Shown here: piece after piece, positions 50,730 to 63,647 of the stretch | Numbering within the stretch: the stretch's first letter is position 1 | Layout of the letters: each line of letters opens with the position of its first letter | Assembly: GCF_006345805.1 (NCBI RefSeq) | Contig: NC_043021.1 | Span: forward strand, 19,220,001-19,284,000 | DNA length: 64,000 nucleotides | Source: Octopus sinensis | Lineage: Eukaryota | Direction of reading: 5' to 3' | Made by a program: the position numbers and the translations under genes | Notes under the pieces: model-generated | The model's input: only the letters and a program-made list of their open reading frames with translations | Databases searched by the model: none | Told to the model about the DNA's origin: nothing

Positions 50730-52687
50730 GTGTAAACATTCAAACGCCATCACTATCTTTTGAAAGTCGTCTTGGTGTTTAACCATTTGGCATCCACTCT
50801 TGGAGTGGTTGGCGTTAGGAAGGGCATCCAGCTGTAGAAACTCTGTCAGATCAGATTGGAGCCTGGTACAGCCATCTGGTTCACCAGTCCCCAGTCAAAT
50901 CGTCCAACCCATGCTAGCATGGAAAGCGGACGTTAGACGATGATGATGATGAAGATGAAATACAATGCTTATTTATTCACATTGTTTTGAATTAATCATG
51001 CATTATCTCATATCTTCGAGATTTTGATAATGTGATTATTTAATTTTACAATGACATTGTAGGGTATGTGTGAGAGGCCAGATTTGGCCAGTTGAACCTA
51101 AAACAGATGGAATATTTTGACTGGATACGGCTGGTTTAAATGTTAAAGAACTGAGTCAACATACCATTTTTTTTTTTTTTTGCTGTAAATTTCTGTCTTC
51201 ATATTCCCACTTGTCTGCCAGAAAATACAGTATTAATTCACACTTTGTTGTTGGTGACATGCCTTATATAAATGTGGCTGTGTGATTGAGCAGTTTGATT
51301 CCCAATCACATGGTTCCAGGTTCAATCCTACTTCATGGCACCTTGGGCAAGTGTCTTTTATTGGGCCTTAATCTTATCAGATGCTGCTGCTTCTTATTAT
51401 TATTATGAAAACGATGGTGAGCTGGCAGAATCATTAGCACACTGGGAAAATAGCTCAGTGGCATTCTGTCCATCTTCATGTTTTGAGTTCAAATTCTACC
51501 GAGGTTGACTTTGCATTTCATCCTTTCAGGGGTCAATAAAATAAGTATCAGTTGAACACTGAGGCAGTCATCATCATCATTTAACATCTGCTTTCCATGC
51601 TGGCATGGGTTGAACGGTTTGACTGAGGACTGGCAAGCCAGGAGCCTGCACCAGCCTCCAATTTGATTTGGCAAGGTTTCTAGTTTCTATAGTTGGATGC
51701 TCTTCCTAATGCCAACCACACCAAGAGTGTAGTAGGTGCTTTTTATGTGCCACCAGCACGGGGCCCAGTCATGCAACACTGGCATTGGCCATGCTTGAAT
51801 GGTTCTTTTTACATGCCACCAGTACAGGAGCCAGTGAGGCAGCACTAGCATTAAAAATGCTCAAATGGTGCTTTTTACATACCACTGGCACAGGAACCAG
51901 TTAGGCCCCACTGGCATCAACCATGCTCGAATGGTGCTTTTTACATGCTACCAACACTGGCATCGGCCACACTCAAATGTGCCAGTCAGGTCACGCTGAC
52001 GTCAGCCACAGCTATGATTTCACTTGACTCAACAGGTCTTCTCAAGCACTGCAGATTGCCCAACGATTGAAGGGGACTTTTAAACAGGCCAGATATGCGA
52101 CACTGGCGTCAGCCACAGCTACAATCTCACTTGGCTTGCTGGGTCTTCTTTGTAATCAATTTATTCCTTCCCCCAAAATGGCTGTACTTGTGGCAAAATT
52201 TGAAGCCATTATTATGAAAATGGTGACAGCGCAGGAGTGGCTGTGTGGTAAGTAGCTTGCTTACCAACCACATGGTTCCGGGTTCAGTCCCACTGCGTGG
52301 CACCTTGGGCAAGTGTCTTCTACTATAGCCTCGGGCTGACCAAAGCCTTGTGAGTGGATTTGGTAGACGGAAACTGAAAGAAGCCCGTCGTATATATGTA
52401 CATATTTATATATATATATGTGTGTGTGTGTGCATATATGTCTGTGTTTGTCCCCCTAGCATTGCTTGACAACCAATGCTGGTGTGTTTACGTCCCCGTC
52501 ACTTAGCGGTTCAGCAAAAGATGCCGATAGAATAAGTACTGGGCTTACAAAGAATAACTCCCGGGGTCGAGTTGCACGACTAAAGGTGATGCTCCAGCAT
52601 GGCCGCAGTCAAATGACTGAAACAAGTAAAAGAGTAAAGAGTATAAGAAACTTCATTTTTATGTTTGTTTTTTTTTTCTTTTTGCAG

Positions 52688-52790
52688 GTGGAATGTATCA
52701 TGGGAAGTTAATTTTCCCACGAGAATACCCATTTAAGCCACCCAGTATATACATGCTGACTCCGAGTGGCCGTTTCAAGTGCAATACCCG
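52688..52790 (+). CDS. UBE2J2: UBE2J2 coding exon 3 (103 nt)
   Basis: tttgcag acceptor; (G)[33 protein letters not shown](R); gtgagt donor. Confidence 0.96.
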
Positions 52791-53261
52791 GTGAGTACAT
52801 TTCTATAGTACCAACCACCCCGTCTTCTATCATATTTCTGCTACTCCTTGCTGATGTCAGTTGAACTGATCTGTAAAATGTTGTCATATTCCTTTTGTTT
52901 TGTTTTTGTTGTTTTTTTTCTTTTACTTGTTTCAGTCATGGACTGCGGCCAAGCTGGGGCATCACCATTTTTTTTTTTTGTTGAGGAATCTCATGTTTTT
53001 TTTTGTTGAGGAATCTCATGTTTGAAACCATTTTTTGTGTAGATATGTCAAGTTTGTTGAGACAACAGAAATTTCAGAAAATACCAACTCTCCTTTATTT
53101 TTGGTAGATATTTAACGTCGTTACTGAAACAACTATGAAATTTAATTTTACTGTCAAATGGTTAATTAATCGATACTAAATTGATTTCTCAGTGTTTTGA
53201 ATAATTTTCAAAGGATTATATTTTTAATCACAAATAATTTTATTTTTTGTTGTTTTTGTAG

Positions 53262-53352
53262 ATTATGTCTATCAATCAGTGATTTTCATCCCGACACATG
53301 GAACCCAGCCTGGTCAGTCTCCACTATCCTCACAGGGCTCCTCAGTTTCATG
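53262..53352 (+). CDS. UBE2J2: UBE2J2 coding exon 4 (91 nt), contains catalytic Cys
   Basis: ttgtag acceptor; (R)[30 protein letters not shown]; active-site Cys codon 53266-53268 (Cys91); gtaaga donor. Confidence 0.97.
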
Positions 53353-54388
53353 GTAAGAGCCATTCTTGTTATCACCAGATAATCCATAGAGATCAGCTTT
53401 GCCTCTTTAACCCTTTCATTACCAACCCGGCTGAAACCGGCTCTGACTCTGGGTACAAATGTCCTATTTTCATAAGTTTTGAATAAAAATCTTCCACCAA
53501 ACCTTAGTCATAATTTATATTCCTAACATTAGCTGAATGATAACTAAAATTATTTTACTAAATTCTTTGTTATATTTAAAGTAATTGAAGGAAACAGAGA
53601 GCATCTCAACAGAAATATGGTAACAAAAGGGTTAACAAATGATTAATTTAACCCTTTTGTGACCAACCAGTCTGAAACCGGCCCTGGCTCTGAGTACAAA
53701 TGTCTTATTTTCATAAGTTTTGAATTAAAATCTTCCACCAAGCCTTAGTCACAATTTATGTTCCTAACACTAGCTGAATGATGACTAAGTTATTTTACTA
53801 AATTCTTTGTCATATTTAAAGTAATTGAAAGAAACACAGAGAATCTCAAAATAAATACAGTAACGAAAGGGTTAATCTTTTTTGTGGGGGTTGATAAAGC
53901 AAAATTATCAGTTAAATACTGACAAGGAACAGGGTTAGTCTGGATGAGACGCAGTTTAGCTTTGTGCCAGGGAGAGATCCCACTGTAGCCTATGTTTGAT
54001 AGCCACATCGACTGTCCTCTTCATTGCACTTGTAGCTTATTGGATAAAATTGAGGTGATGCTGTTGAGAAGTGTATGGAATACCTTCCTCTGACATTGAG
54101 AAGAAAGGGGTATCCTAATGCCAACCACTTAACTAGGGTATGCTGGGGTACTTTTCATGTGCCACCAGCGCAGGTGTGGGTTTATGCATCACTAGCATGA
54201 GTGCATTTTGCGGGGCACCGGCACCTGCAAAGGATAAGCCTGTATGTATGGATGATGGTGATTTTTACTTGGTTTGACATATCTTCTCAAGTACTGCAAA
54301 TTTCCACAACTCCCAGCTCCTTGTCATTTCCTGTGAGAGGCTACTGAGTGTGGTGAATTTCTGAAAGAGAGAGAGAGCTTACCTTTTA

Positions 54389-54800
54389 TAGACTTGACTT
54401 GACTTGAGACAGCATTCACCCTCGGTGGACTGAGCTAGCTTCATTCATCCTCAATGCTGCATCTCTCACCAGACCTGGCCAACCAGACGTGGCGATTTGA
54501 GGCTAACGACCGTGTGATCTCCAACCACTCCTTATTCCAGCGGCGAACGCTATAGATATGGGGGCCTAGGTTGGGTTCCAGATCAGCCTTGACTGTCATC
54601 AGCCGGGTTTTTCGTTGTCCACCACATCGCTTTCGCCAACCCTGAAGGGGAGCTGGGGCAATTGCTTTGTAGATGAATTCTCTTGGTTGACGATGGAGGG
54701 CATGACCCAGCCAACGCAGACATCTCGTTAGGATGACTTGTCGGAGGAAGGTGATTCTGCACTGGTGTCGCACTGAATTGTCGCACCTTTGGCAATTGTC
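54389..54800 (-). mobile_element. RTE-clade LINE 3' end with (AAGTC)n tail
   Basis: RCLRWLGHALHR...GWRKRCGGQRKT...YSVRRWNKEWL; gacttgacttgacttg tail on the + strand. Confidence 0.8.
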
Positions 54801-56056
54801 CTCAGTCTTGTATAGACCCAGGTGTTCAAGTGAATAGCAGTATGGGAGATAGAGAAATAAAGAAAAATAGCTAAGCTATCTCAAGGGGTGATGCTGAGAT
54901 GCTTAAAATATCTGGTGAAATGGGATACAGCAGGGTGACTTGAATTGTAAGCCAAGTAATACAGGAAGGTGTTGTACTCAATACCTGGCATTGTAGTATC
55001 GTCATTAGAGAAAGGAAACTACAGAAGCATCAAATTGTTGTGAAAAAGAAGGTATTATAACAAAACTGATTAGGAACAAAATTAGTTTGGATGAGATGCA
55101 TTTAGCTTTATGTTTGGTGCCAGTGGCACATAAAAAGCACCCACTACACTTTCGGAGTGGTTGGCATTAGGAAGGGCATCCAGCTGTAGAAACTCTGCCA
55201 GATCAAGATTGGAGCCTGGTGCAGCCATCTGGTTCGCCAGCCCTCAGGCAAAATCGTCCAACCCATGCTAGCATGAAAAGCTGATGTTAAACGATGATGA
55301 TGATGATGACAATAATACTAATGCCATATTCCAAGGGAGACAAATGTAATTTAATAGCAAGGAGTACTCTATTTTGTGGCATGCAAGATTTTCAGATCAA
55401 AATTGCCAACCAAAAAAGGTCAACTTGAACAAAGGTCAACTTAAATGCCAAGAGGACTTAAAAATGAAAGAGGTTGAATTTAAACTCTTTCACTTTTTCC
55501 TTCATGGATAAACATGAGGTTTCAAATACGCTTTTAAGATGGAGGAAAAAAAAAAAAAGCTGTTTTTGAAATGTTGTTGAATATTCCCTTCTTCTACTGA
55601 ATGTATCCTATTTCTGATCATGTTTCTGGTGGAAATATTTAATTTCTGTAATTAATTGTTTAAGCAGAGTGGAAATGAGTTATTTATGCTGGCATGGATT
55701 GGACAGTTTGACAGGAGCTGGTCAGCTGGGGAGCTCCTGTTAAATTGTCCAGCCCATACCAGCATGAAAAATGGATGTTAACCCTTTTTGTTACTAAACC
55801 GGCTCTGGCTCTTTAGTATAAATGTCTTGTTTTCATAAGTTTTGAATTAAAATCTTCCACCAAACCTTAGTCACAATTTACGTTCCTAACACTAGCTTAA
55901 TGATAACTAAGTTATTTTACTAAATTCTTTGTTATATTTAAAATAATTGAAAGAAACACAGAGTATCTCAAACTAAATACAGTAACGAAAGGGTTAAATG
56001 ACGACGATGATGATGATTTATATTTTTAATTAATTTTACTCTTATTTCTTTTACAG

Positions 56057-56104
56057 TTGGAGAAAAGTCCAACTCTGGGCAGCCTAGAAACTTCAGATTA
56101 TACA
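56057..56104 (+). CDS. UBE2J2: UBE2J2 coding exon 5 (48 nt)
   Basis: ttacag acceptor; LEKSPTLGSLETSDYT; gtgagt donor. Confidence 0.93.
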
Positions 56105-56702
56105 GTGAGTGCAATTTTACCTTGCTTACCTTTCGTCTGTTCCTATTTAGAGTTTGGAGAGTATTGCAGTTTGCTTGAAGCATTGTGCATTGTTTGTAAA
56201 ATATAACATGTCTTGAATGGCACAACAATGCAGAGTGGACTGGCTGTGTTGGTTCCGGGTTCAGTCCCATTACGTGGCACCTTGGGCAAGTGTCTTCTTC
56301 TATAGCCTCAGGCTGACCAAAGCCTTGTGAGTGGATTTGGTTGACGGAGACTGAAAGAAGCCTGTCGTATGTATGTATGTATGTATGTATGTATATATAT
56401 ATATATATGTATGTATGTATGTGTATATATGTGTGTCTGTGTTTGTCCCCCCAACATCGCTTGACAACTAATGCTGGTGTGTATATGTCCCCGTAACCTA
56501 GCAGTTCGGCAAAAGAGACTGATAGAATAAGTACTAGGCTTAGAAAGAATAAGTCCTGGGGTCGATTTGCTCGGCTAAAGGTGGTGCTCCAGCATGGCCA
56601 CAGTCACATGACTGAAACAAGTAAAAGAGTAAAAAAAAAGTCTGATATAATTATATTATTTCGGAATACAAGAAGGAATTTTTATATTTTGAATTTGTGT
56701 TT

Positions 56703-57155
56703 CTATAATAATATAATAATAATAATAATGAAATTATTGTATACAGTGCTCAGGTGCACCACAACTTGTCAGAAAGTGCATATAAAGTACATGCAGTAAT
56801 GTACAAATGTCTGGAAAGCGAACATGCTTGTGTGTGTATGGAGGGGAGAAAATCAAGTGTAGTGTTGGTGAATCTCAGGAAGCATGGAAGTCTTGAAGGA
56901 TGCAGTGCTCCGACAACTAACAACCGATGCCGGCAGTTTGTTCCACGCTTCAGCAACTCTCAGCATGAAAAAATGTTTCCTGAAGTCATGGGAGCTGTGC
57001 TGTTTTCTTACTTTGTAAATATGTCCACGGGTGTTAGATGGGTGGAGTTTGAAGAGGTGCTCAGAGTTATTGTTTGTGCGATGGTTGATAATTTTATGGG
57101 TGTCTGCCAAGTCAGCTGCCAGACGTCGGAGTTTCAATGTGTCCATGCCCATTGA
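56703..57155 (-). mobile_element. CR1-clade LINE 3' end with (ATT)n tail
   Basis: LKLRRLAADLADTHKI...NTRGHIYKV...RKHFFMLRVAEAWNKLP...ASFKT. Confidence 0.88.
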
Positions 57156-57383
57156 AGAAGACGAATATCGTTCAGACCGTTAAACAAACAAACTGATAAA
57201 CACTATTTCATTCATCTTCATGTTCTGAGTTCAAATTCCGCCAAAGTCTACTTTGTCTCTCATCCTTTCAGGGTCCAAGAAATAGATGCCAGTCAAGCGC
57301 CGGGGTCAAAGTAATTAACTAACCTCCTCCCCCAAAGTTTCAGGCTTTGTACCTATAGCAAAAAGTATTATTATTATTAAGCT

Positions 57384-58800
57384 CGCGAGAAATGAAGCTA
57401 GTATGCTCCGTTGGATGTGTAATGTCAGTGTTCATAGTCGACAGAGTGTAAGTACCTTGAGAGAAAAGTTGGACCTAAGAGGAATCAGATGTTGTGTGCA
57501 AGAGAGACGATTGCGCTGGTATGGTCATGTGGTGAGAATGGATGAAGATAGGTGTGTGAAAAAGTGCCACACCCTGGCAGTTGAGGGGACCTGTGGAAGA
57601 GGTAGACCCAGGAAAACCTGGGTCGAGGTGGTGAAGCACGACCTTCGAACTCTAGGTCTCACCAAGGAAATGACCAGAGACCGAGACCTATGGAAGTATA
57701 CTGTGCGTGAGAAGACCCGGCAAGACCAGTGAGAACAATCAAAATCAAATCATATATCAGAAAGCAGGGGTTAAGTGACCCATCCGTTCGTGTCCGCTGT
57801 CAGCCTCGTCTGGCACCCGTGCCGGTGATACGTAAAAGCACCATTCGCTCATGGCCGTTTGCCAGCTCTGCCTGGCCCCGTGTCGGTGGCACGTAAAAGC
57901 ACCATCCGTTCGTGTTCGTTGCCAGCCTCGCCTGGCCCCGTGCCGGTGACACATAAAAGCACCGTCCGTTCGTGGCCGTTTGCCAGCTCTGTCTGGCCCC
58001 GTGTCGGTGGCACGTAAAAGCACCATCCGTTCATGGCCGTTTGCCAGCTCTGTCTGGCCCCGTGTCGGTGGCACGTAAAAGCACCATCCGTCCGTGACCG
58101 TTGCCAGCCTCGGCTGGCCCCCGTGCCGGTGACACGTAAAAGCACCGTCCGCTCGTGGCCGTTTGCCAGCTCTGTCTGGCCCCGTGTCGGTGGCACGTAA
58201 AAGCACCATCCGCTCGTGGCCGTTTGCCAGCTCTGTCTGGCCCCGTGTCGGTGGCACGTAAAAGCACCATCCGTCCGTGACCGTTGCCAGCCTCGGCTGG
58301 CCCCCGTGCCGGTGACACGTAAAAGCACCGTCCGCTCGTGGCCGTTTGCCAGCTCTGTCTGGCAACCGTGTCGGTGGCACGTAAAAGCACCATCCGTTCG
58401 CGTCTGTTGCCAGCCTCGGCTGGCCCCGGTGCCGGTGACACGTAAAAGCACCGTCCGTTCGTGGCCGGTTGCCAGCTCTGTCTGGCCCCGTGTCGGTGGC
58501 ACGTAAAAGCACCATCTGTTCGTGTCCGTTGCCAGCATCGCCTGGCCCCGTGCCGGTGACACGTAAAAGCACCATCCGTTCGTGGCCGTTCGCCAGCTCT
58601 GTCTGGCACCTGTGCAGGTGGCACGTAAAAAACACCCACTACACTCGCAGAGTGGTTGGCGTTAGGAAGGGCTTCCAGCCGTAGAAACACTGCCAGATCT
58701 GACTGGGCCTGACGAAGCCTTCCAGCTTCACAGACCCCAGTTGACCCGTCCAACCCATGCTAGCATGGAAAGCGGACGCTAAACGATGATGATGATGATC
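57384..58800 (+). mobile_element. RTE LINE 3' portion: ORF end + 3' UTR with 14-unit minisatellite + (GAT)n tail
   Basis: LRWMCNV...RRLRWYGHVVRM...GRGRPRKTW...DRDLW; stop at 57732; array 57781-58636; tail about 58785-58800. Confidence 0.9.
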
Positions 58801-59264
58801 ATCATCATCATCGTTAATTCAACAAGCCAGCAGACTCGTTAGCATGCCAGACAAAATGCTTAGTAATGACCGTCTAACAATTACTAGCGTTAGTACTACG
58901 TGACACAACAAATTAGTCACGCAGTGTTATCTTTTATTTTGTATCTTCAACTTGTTTCAGTCATTGGACTGCAGCCATGCTGGGCCACCACTCTTGAAGA
59001 GTTTAGTCTAACAAATTGACCCCGCTCCAGTACTTTTCTTTTTTAAGCCTGGGACTTATTCTATTAGTCTCTATTGTCTATAGTTATAGAGCTGTAAACA
59101 AACCAACACTGGTTGTCAAACAGTGGAGGGACACAGACACAAAAATACACACACACACATATACATAGATACATTGTGTGTGTGTGTGTATGTATGTGTA
59201 TGTATATATATATGTGTGTGTGTATGTATGTATGTGTATGTATATATATGTATGTGTGTGTGTA

Positions 59265-59322
<58 letters not shown>

Positions 59323-60294
59323 CAGTCTCCATCTACCAAATCCACTCACAAGGCATTGGTTGGTCCAAGGCCTTGGTAGGAAAAAGACACTTGCCTAAGG
59401 TGCTGTGCAGTAGGACTGGACAGAAGGCCATGTGGTTGCTAAGCAAGCATCCAAACCACACAGCCACAGCTTGAGTCCATGTACAAATAATAATGATAAT
59501 AAAGAAAAACAATACAGTTTAACCTATGGGCATTTAAACTGGCCAAATCTGGCCAAAATAATCTACCTGTTTTATCTTCAAACTGGCCAGATCCAGCCTC
59601 TTGCACTTACCCTTACATAGAGACCCCTTTGGTCATGACTGACCATGGGATTGCATGGTTGTTTATGGAAGACCAGCAGTCGCCCATGCATACCGGCCTC
59701 CCCTCTCCATGCCACCGATGTTATCCAAGGGAAAGGCAAAGGCTGATACAGCTTGGCACCAGTGACGTCGCAGCTCATTTATTAACGTGCAAGTGGCTGA
59801 GCACTCCACAGACATGTGTACCCCTAATGTAGTTCTCGAGGTGATTCAGCGTGACACAGTGTGACATGGCTGGCCCTTCGAAATACAGGTGCAATAGAAA
59901 CAAGAAGAAAGAGTGAGAGAAAGTGGTGGTGAAAAAGTACAGCAGGGTTCACCACCACCCTCTGCCGGAGCCCCGTAGAGCTTTAGGTGTTTTCGCTCAA
60001 TAAACACTCACAATGTCCTGTCTGGGAATTGAAACCGCGATCCTACGACCGCATGTCCGCTGCCCTAACCACTGGGCCATTGCACCTTCACTTACGCTTA
60101 CCATATTATTCTGAAAATAAACAATCATGTCATTTGAACTCCCAAAGCTACAAAATAATGTGTGACTAATTCAAATCAGTGGGAATAAATATTACATTTG
60201 ACACAGAATTCTGAATGCTAAAGCGTTAATTTTTATTTAAAATTCCTCTTCATTTGCTAATATTCAAGTTGAATTTTTAATTTCTAATTTTCAG

Positions 60295-60375
60295 AAGCGT
60301 CAGTTTGCCTCGTTAAGTAAACAATTCAATTTACAGAACAAGACTTACTGTGAGCTGTTCCCAGACATTGTTGAG
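60295..60375 (+). CDS. UBE2J2: UBE2J2 coding exon 6 (81 nt)
   Basis: tttcag acceptor; KRQFASLSKQFNLQNKTYCELFPDIVE; gtaggg donor. Confidence 0.92.
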
Positions 60376-62143
60376 GTAGGGGAATATTTTTTTTTAGTTT
60401 TTATTAAATGTTTTATCTCCATTTTCTTACTTTCTTTTTGAATGATTACAAACTATGATTTAAATATAAACCTTTTGTTTCAGAAATATTAGGCATTAAA
60501 CCAGTAATTCATTGGATGATATTATCCTTTAATGAGGCTAATTTAATCTTTAATTGTGTATATATATATTCAATTATATATGTATATCATCATCATCATT
60601 TAACGTCCGCTTTCCATGCTAGCATGGGTTGGACGATTTTGACTGAGGTCTGGCGAACAAGATGGCTGCACCAGACTCCAATCTTGATCTGGCAGAGTTT
60701 CTACAGCTGGATGCCCTTCCTAACGCCAGCCACTCCGAGAGTGTAGTGGGTGTTCTTTACGTGCCACCAGCACGGGGGCCAGTCAGGCGGTAGTGGCAAT
60801 GACCTTGCTTGAATCTTTTTACACATGCCAGCGGCACAGGTGCCAGTAAGACGATGTTGGTAACAATCACGCTCAAGTGGTGCCCTTTTACGTGCCACCG
60901 GCATAGAAGCCAGTTAGCTGCTCTAGCAACGATCACGCTCGGATGGTGCTCTTGGCTCCTACTTGCACGGGCACAAGTGCCAGTAAGGCGACGCTGGTAA
61001 CGATCACACTCGAATGGTGCCCTTTTATATGTATATATATATACACACACAATGCTCCACCGGGAATTGAACTTATGACTTGACAATCATGATCCAAAAG
61101 TACCCTAACCACTAAGCCATGCACCTTCACATAAATATATATATGCATGTATGTATTAGTAGTAGTAGTCCATCCCTGGACACGGAAGGCAAAAAATTGA
61201 CCTTCATTGATTTGTCTGTCATTAGACTGTGACCATGCAGGAGCACCACATATTTAAAGATTTCTTGGTCGAAGGAATCACCCCCAGTATTTATTCTTTT
61301 TAAGCCTGGTACTTATTTTATTGGTCTCTTTTGCTGAACCACTAAGTTACAGGGACAGAAACACACCAACACCAGTTGTCAAGTAGTGATAGGCAACACA
61401 CACACACACACACACACGATGGGCTTCTTTCAGTTGCCATCTACCAAATCCACTGACAAGGCTTTGGCTAGCCCAGGGCTATAGCAGAAGACACCCAAGG
61501 TATCATGCAGTGGGATTGAACCTAGAACCACATGGTTAGGAAGCAAACTTTTTACCACTGCACTCATAAGGAACATACCTTTTTTTATACTTGTTTCGGT
61601 CATTTAACTGCGGCCATGCTGGAGCATCGCCTTTTGTCGAGCAAATCGACCCCAGGACTTAATTCTTTGTAAGCCTAGTACTTATTCTATCGGTCTCTTT
61701 TGCCGAACTGCTAAGTTACGGAGACGTAAACACACCAGCATTGGTTGACAAGCAATATTGGGGGGGACAAACACAGACACACAAACATATATATGCATAT
61801 ATATTTACATATATACAACAGGCTTCTTTCAGTCTCCGTCTACCAAATCCACTCACAAGGCTTTGGTCGGGCCGAGGCTATAGTAGAAGGCACTTGCCCA
61901 AGGTGCCATGCAGTGGGACTGAACCCGGAACCATGTGGTTGGTAAGCAAGCTGCTTACCACACAGCCATGTTGTTAGTTAAATTTTCTTTGGGGATTGAT
62001 TCTGAGTTTGATCAAATGAAATATGCAAAATTTTGGTACCCAGTGCCTAGTCTTAGTCGCATATTCTTTATTTTGAACTTGGTCTCCAACTTCTGATTTG
62101 AGTGGGGGTTTTTTTTTCTCTCTTTTGTTAACCATACTTCTAT

Positions 62144-62874
62144 TTAACCCTTTCGATACCAACCCGGTTGAAACCGCCTCTGGCTCTCTAGTACAAATGT
62201 CTTGTTTTCATAAGTTTTGAAGTAAAATCTCCCATCAAACCTTAGTCACAATTAATATTCCTAACACAAACTTAATGATAACTAAGTCATTTTACTGAAT
62301 TCTTTGCGATATCTAACACTAGCTGAATGATAACTAAGTCATTTTACTAAATTCTTTGCGATATCTAACACTAGCTGAATGATAACTAAGTCATTTTACT
62401 AAATTCTTTGCGATATCTAACACTAGCTGAATGATAACTAAGTCATTTTACTAAATTCTTTGCGATATCTAACACTAGCTGAATGATAACTAAGTCATTT
62501 TACTAAATTCTTTGCGATATCTAACACTAGCTGAATGATAACTAAGTCATTTTACTAAATTCTTTGCGATATCTAACACTAGCTGAATGATAACTAAGTC
62601 ATTTTACTAAATTCTTTGCGATATCTAACACTAGCTGAATGATAACTAAGTCATTTTACTAAATTCTTTGTTACATTTAAAGTAATTGAAAGAAGCTAGT
62701 GTTAGATATCGCAAAGAATTCAGTAAAACAACTTAGTTATTATTCAGTTAGTTTTAGGAACATTAATTGTGACTAAGGTTTGGTGGAAGATTTTAATTCA
62801 AAACTTAAGAAAACAAGGCATTTGTACTACAGAGCCAGAGCCGGTTTCAGTCGGGTTGGTCACGAAAGGGTTAA
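62144..62874. mobile_element. Fold-back piggyBac-like MITE composite with internal 52-bp tandem array
   Basis: TTAA at both ends; arms about 62144-62325 and 62695-62874; array units at 62261, 62313, 62365, 62417, 62469, 62521, 62573, 62625 (partial). Confidence 0.88.
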
Positions 62875-62949
62875 TATGCTAAAAAAAATTTTTTTAAATA
62901 AATATAAGTCTTCAAAGTCCATTTATTCTCTTTGCACCTCTTTCTGCAG

Positions 62950-63168
62950 AATATCCGCCGTGAACAGAAGCTTCAACAACAGAACGCATTATCTGCAGAA
63001 CAGTCCGATGGTAACACAGCTAATGGTAACACGACAAACAACCCTGTACAACTGAGACAGAACTGTAGCAGTGGCTTCAGCAATGCCGTCATTAATCTGT
63101 TGGTCGTCGTCGTCTTTGCAGCCTTTGCCTATATTGTGAAATATGTTCTTACTAGCGGACTGGAGTAA
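62950..63168 (+). CDS. UBE2J2: UBE2J2 terminal coding exon with C-terminal transmembrane tail anchor
   Basis: tctgcag acceptor; NIRREQKL...AVINLLVVVVFAAFAYIVKYVLTSGLE*; TAA stop. The spliced CDS is 705 nt = 234 aa + stop with no frameshift. Confidence 0.95.
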   Translation, partial: NIRREQKLQQQNALSAEQSDGNTANGNTTNNPVQLRQNCSSGFSNAVINLLVVVVFAAFAYIVKYVLTSGLE

Positions 63169-63602
63169 GCCAGTGGAAAAAAAAACAATTTGCCTATGGA
63201 CATGTGTATTTCTTTACTCCCTCTGACCCCACCTCTCTCTCTCTCTCTCTCTCTCTGTTTCTTTCTTTCCATCTCTGATTCTTCCAGTTTCCTAATACCT
63301 TGTCTTATTTTTCTACACTCATTCATAGTGTCCTATGCTCTCTCTCTCTCTCTCTCGCTCTCTCTCTCTGTCATGTATTATCCTACAGACACACACACAC
63401 ACACACACACACGTATATAAGATGTAGATATATGAATGTGTGTTTATGTGGATGGCAGTGGTGGGGTTGTCTAGTAGATGTATATGTGAAACATATACAT
63501 ACGTTATATATATGCATATGTATGTATGTGTATATATATATATATGTTTATGTATGTGTATAGATATGTAAATGTATGTATATATGTTTGTGCATGTGTA
63601 TA

Positions 63603-63647
<45 letters not shown>

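Noticed and set aside
57781-58636. CRISPR-like regularly spaced repeat
   Set aside because: The intervening sequence is itself repeated (two subtypes), there are no unique spacers or cas genes, and it lies in a LINE 3' UTR in animal DNA. The 237-292 aa ORFs over it are by-products.
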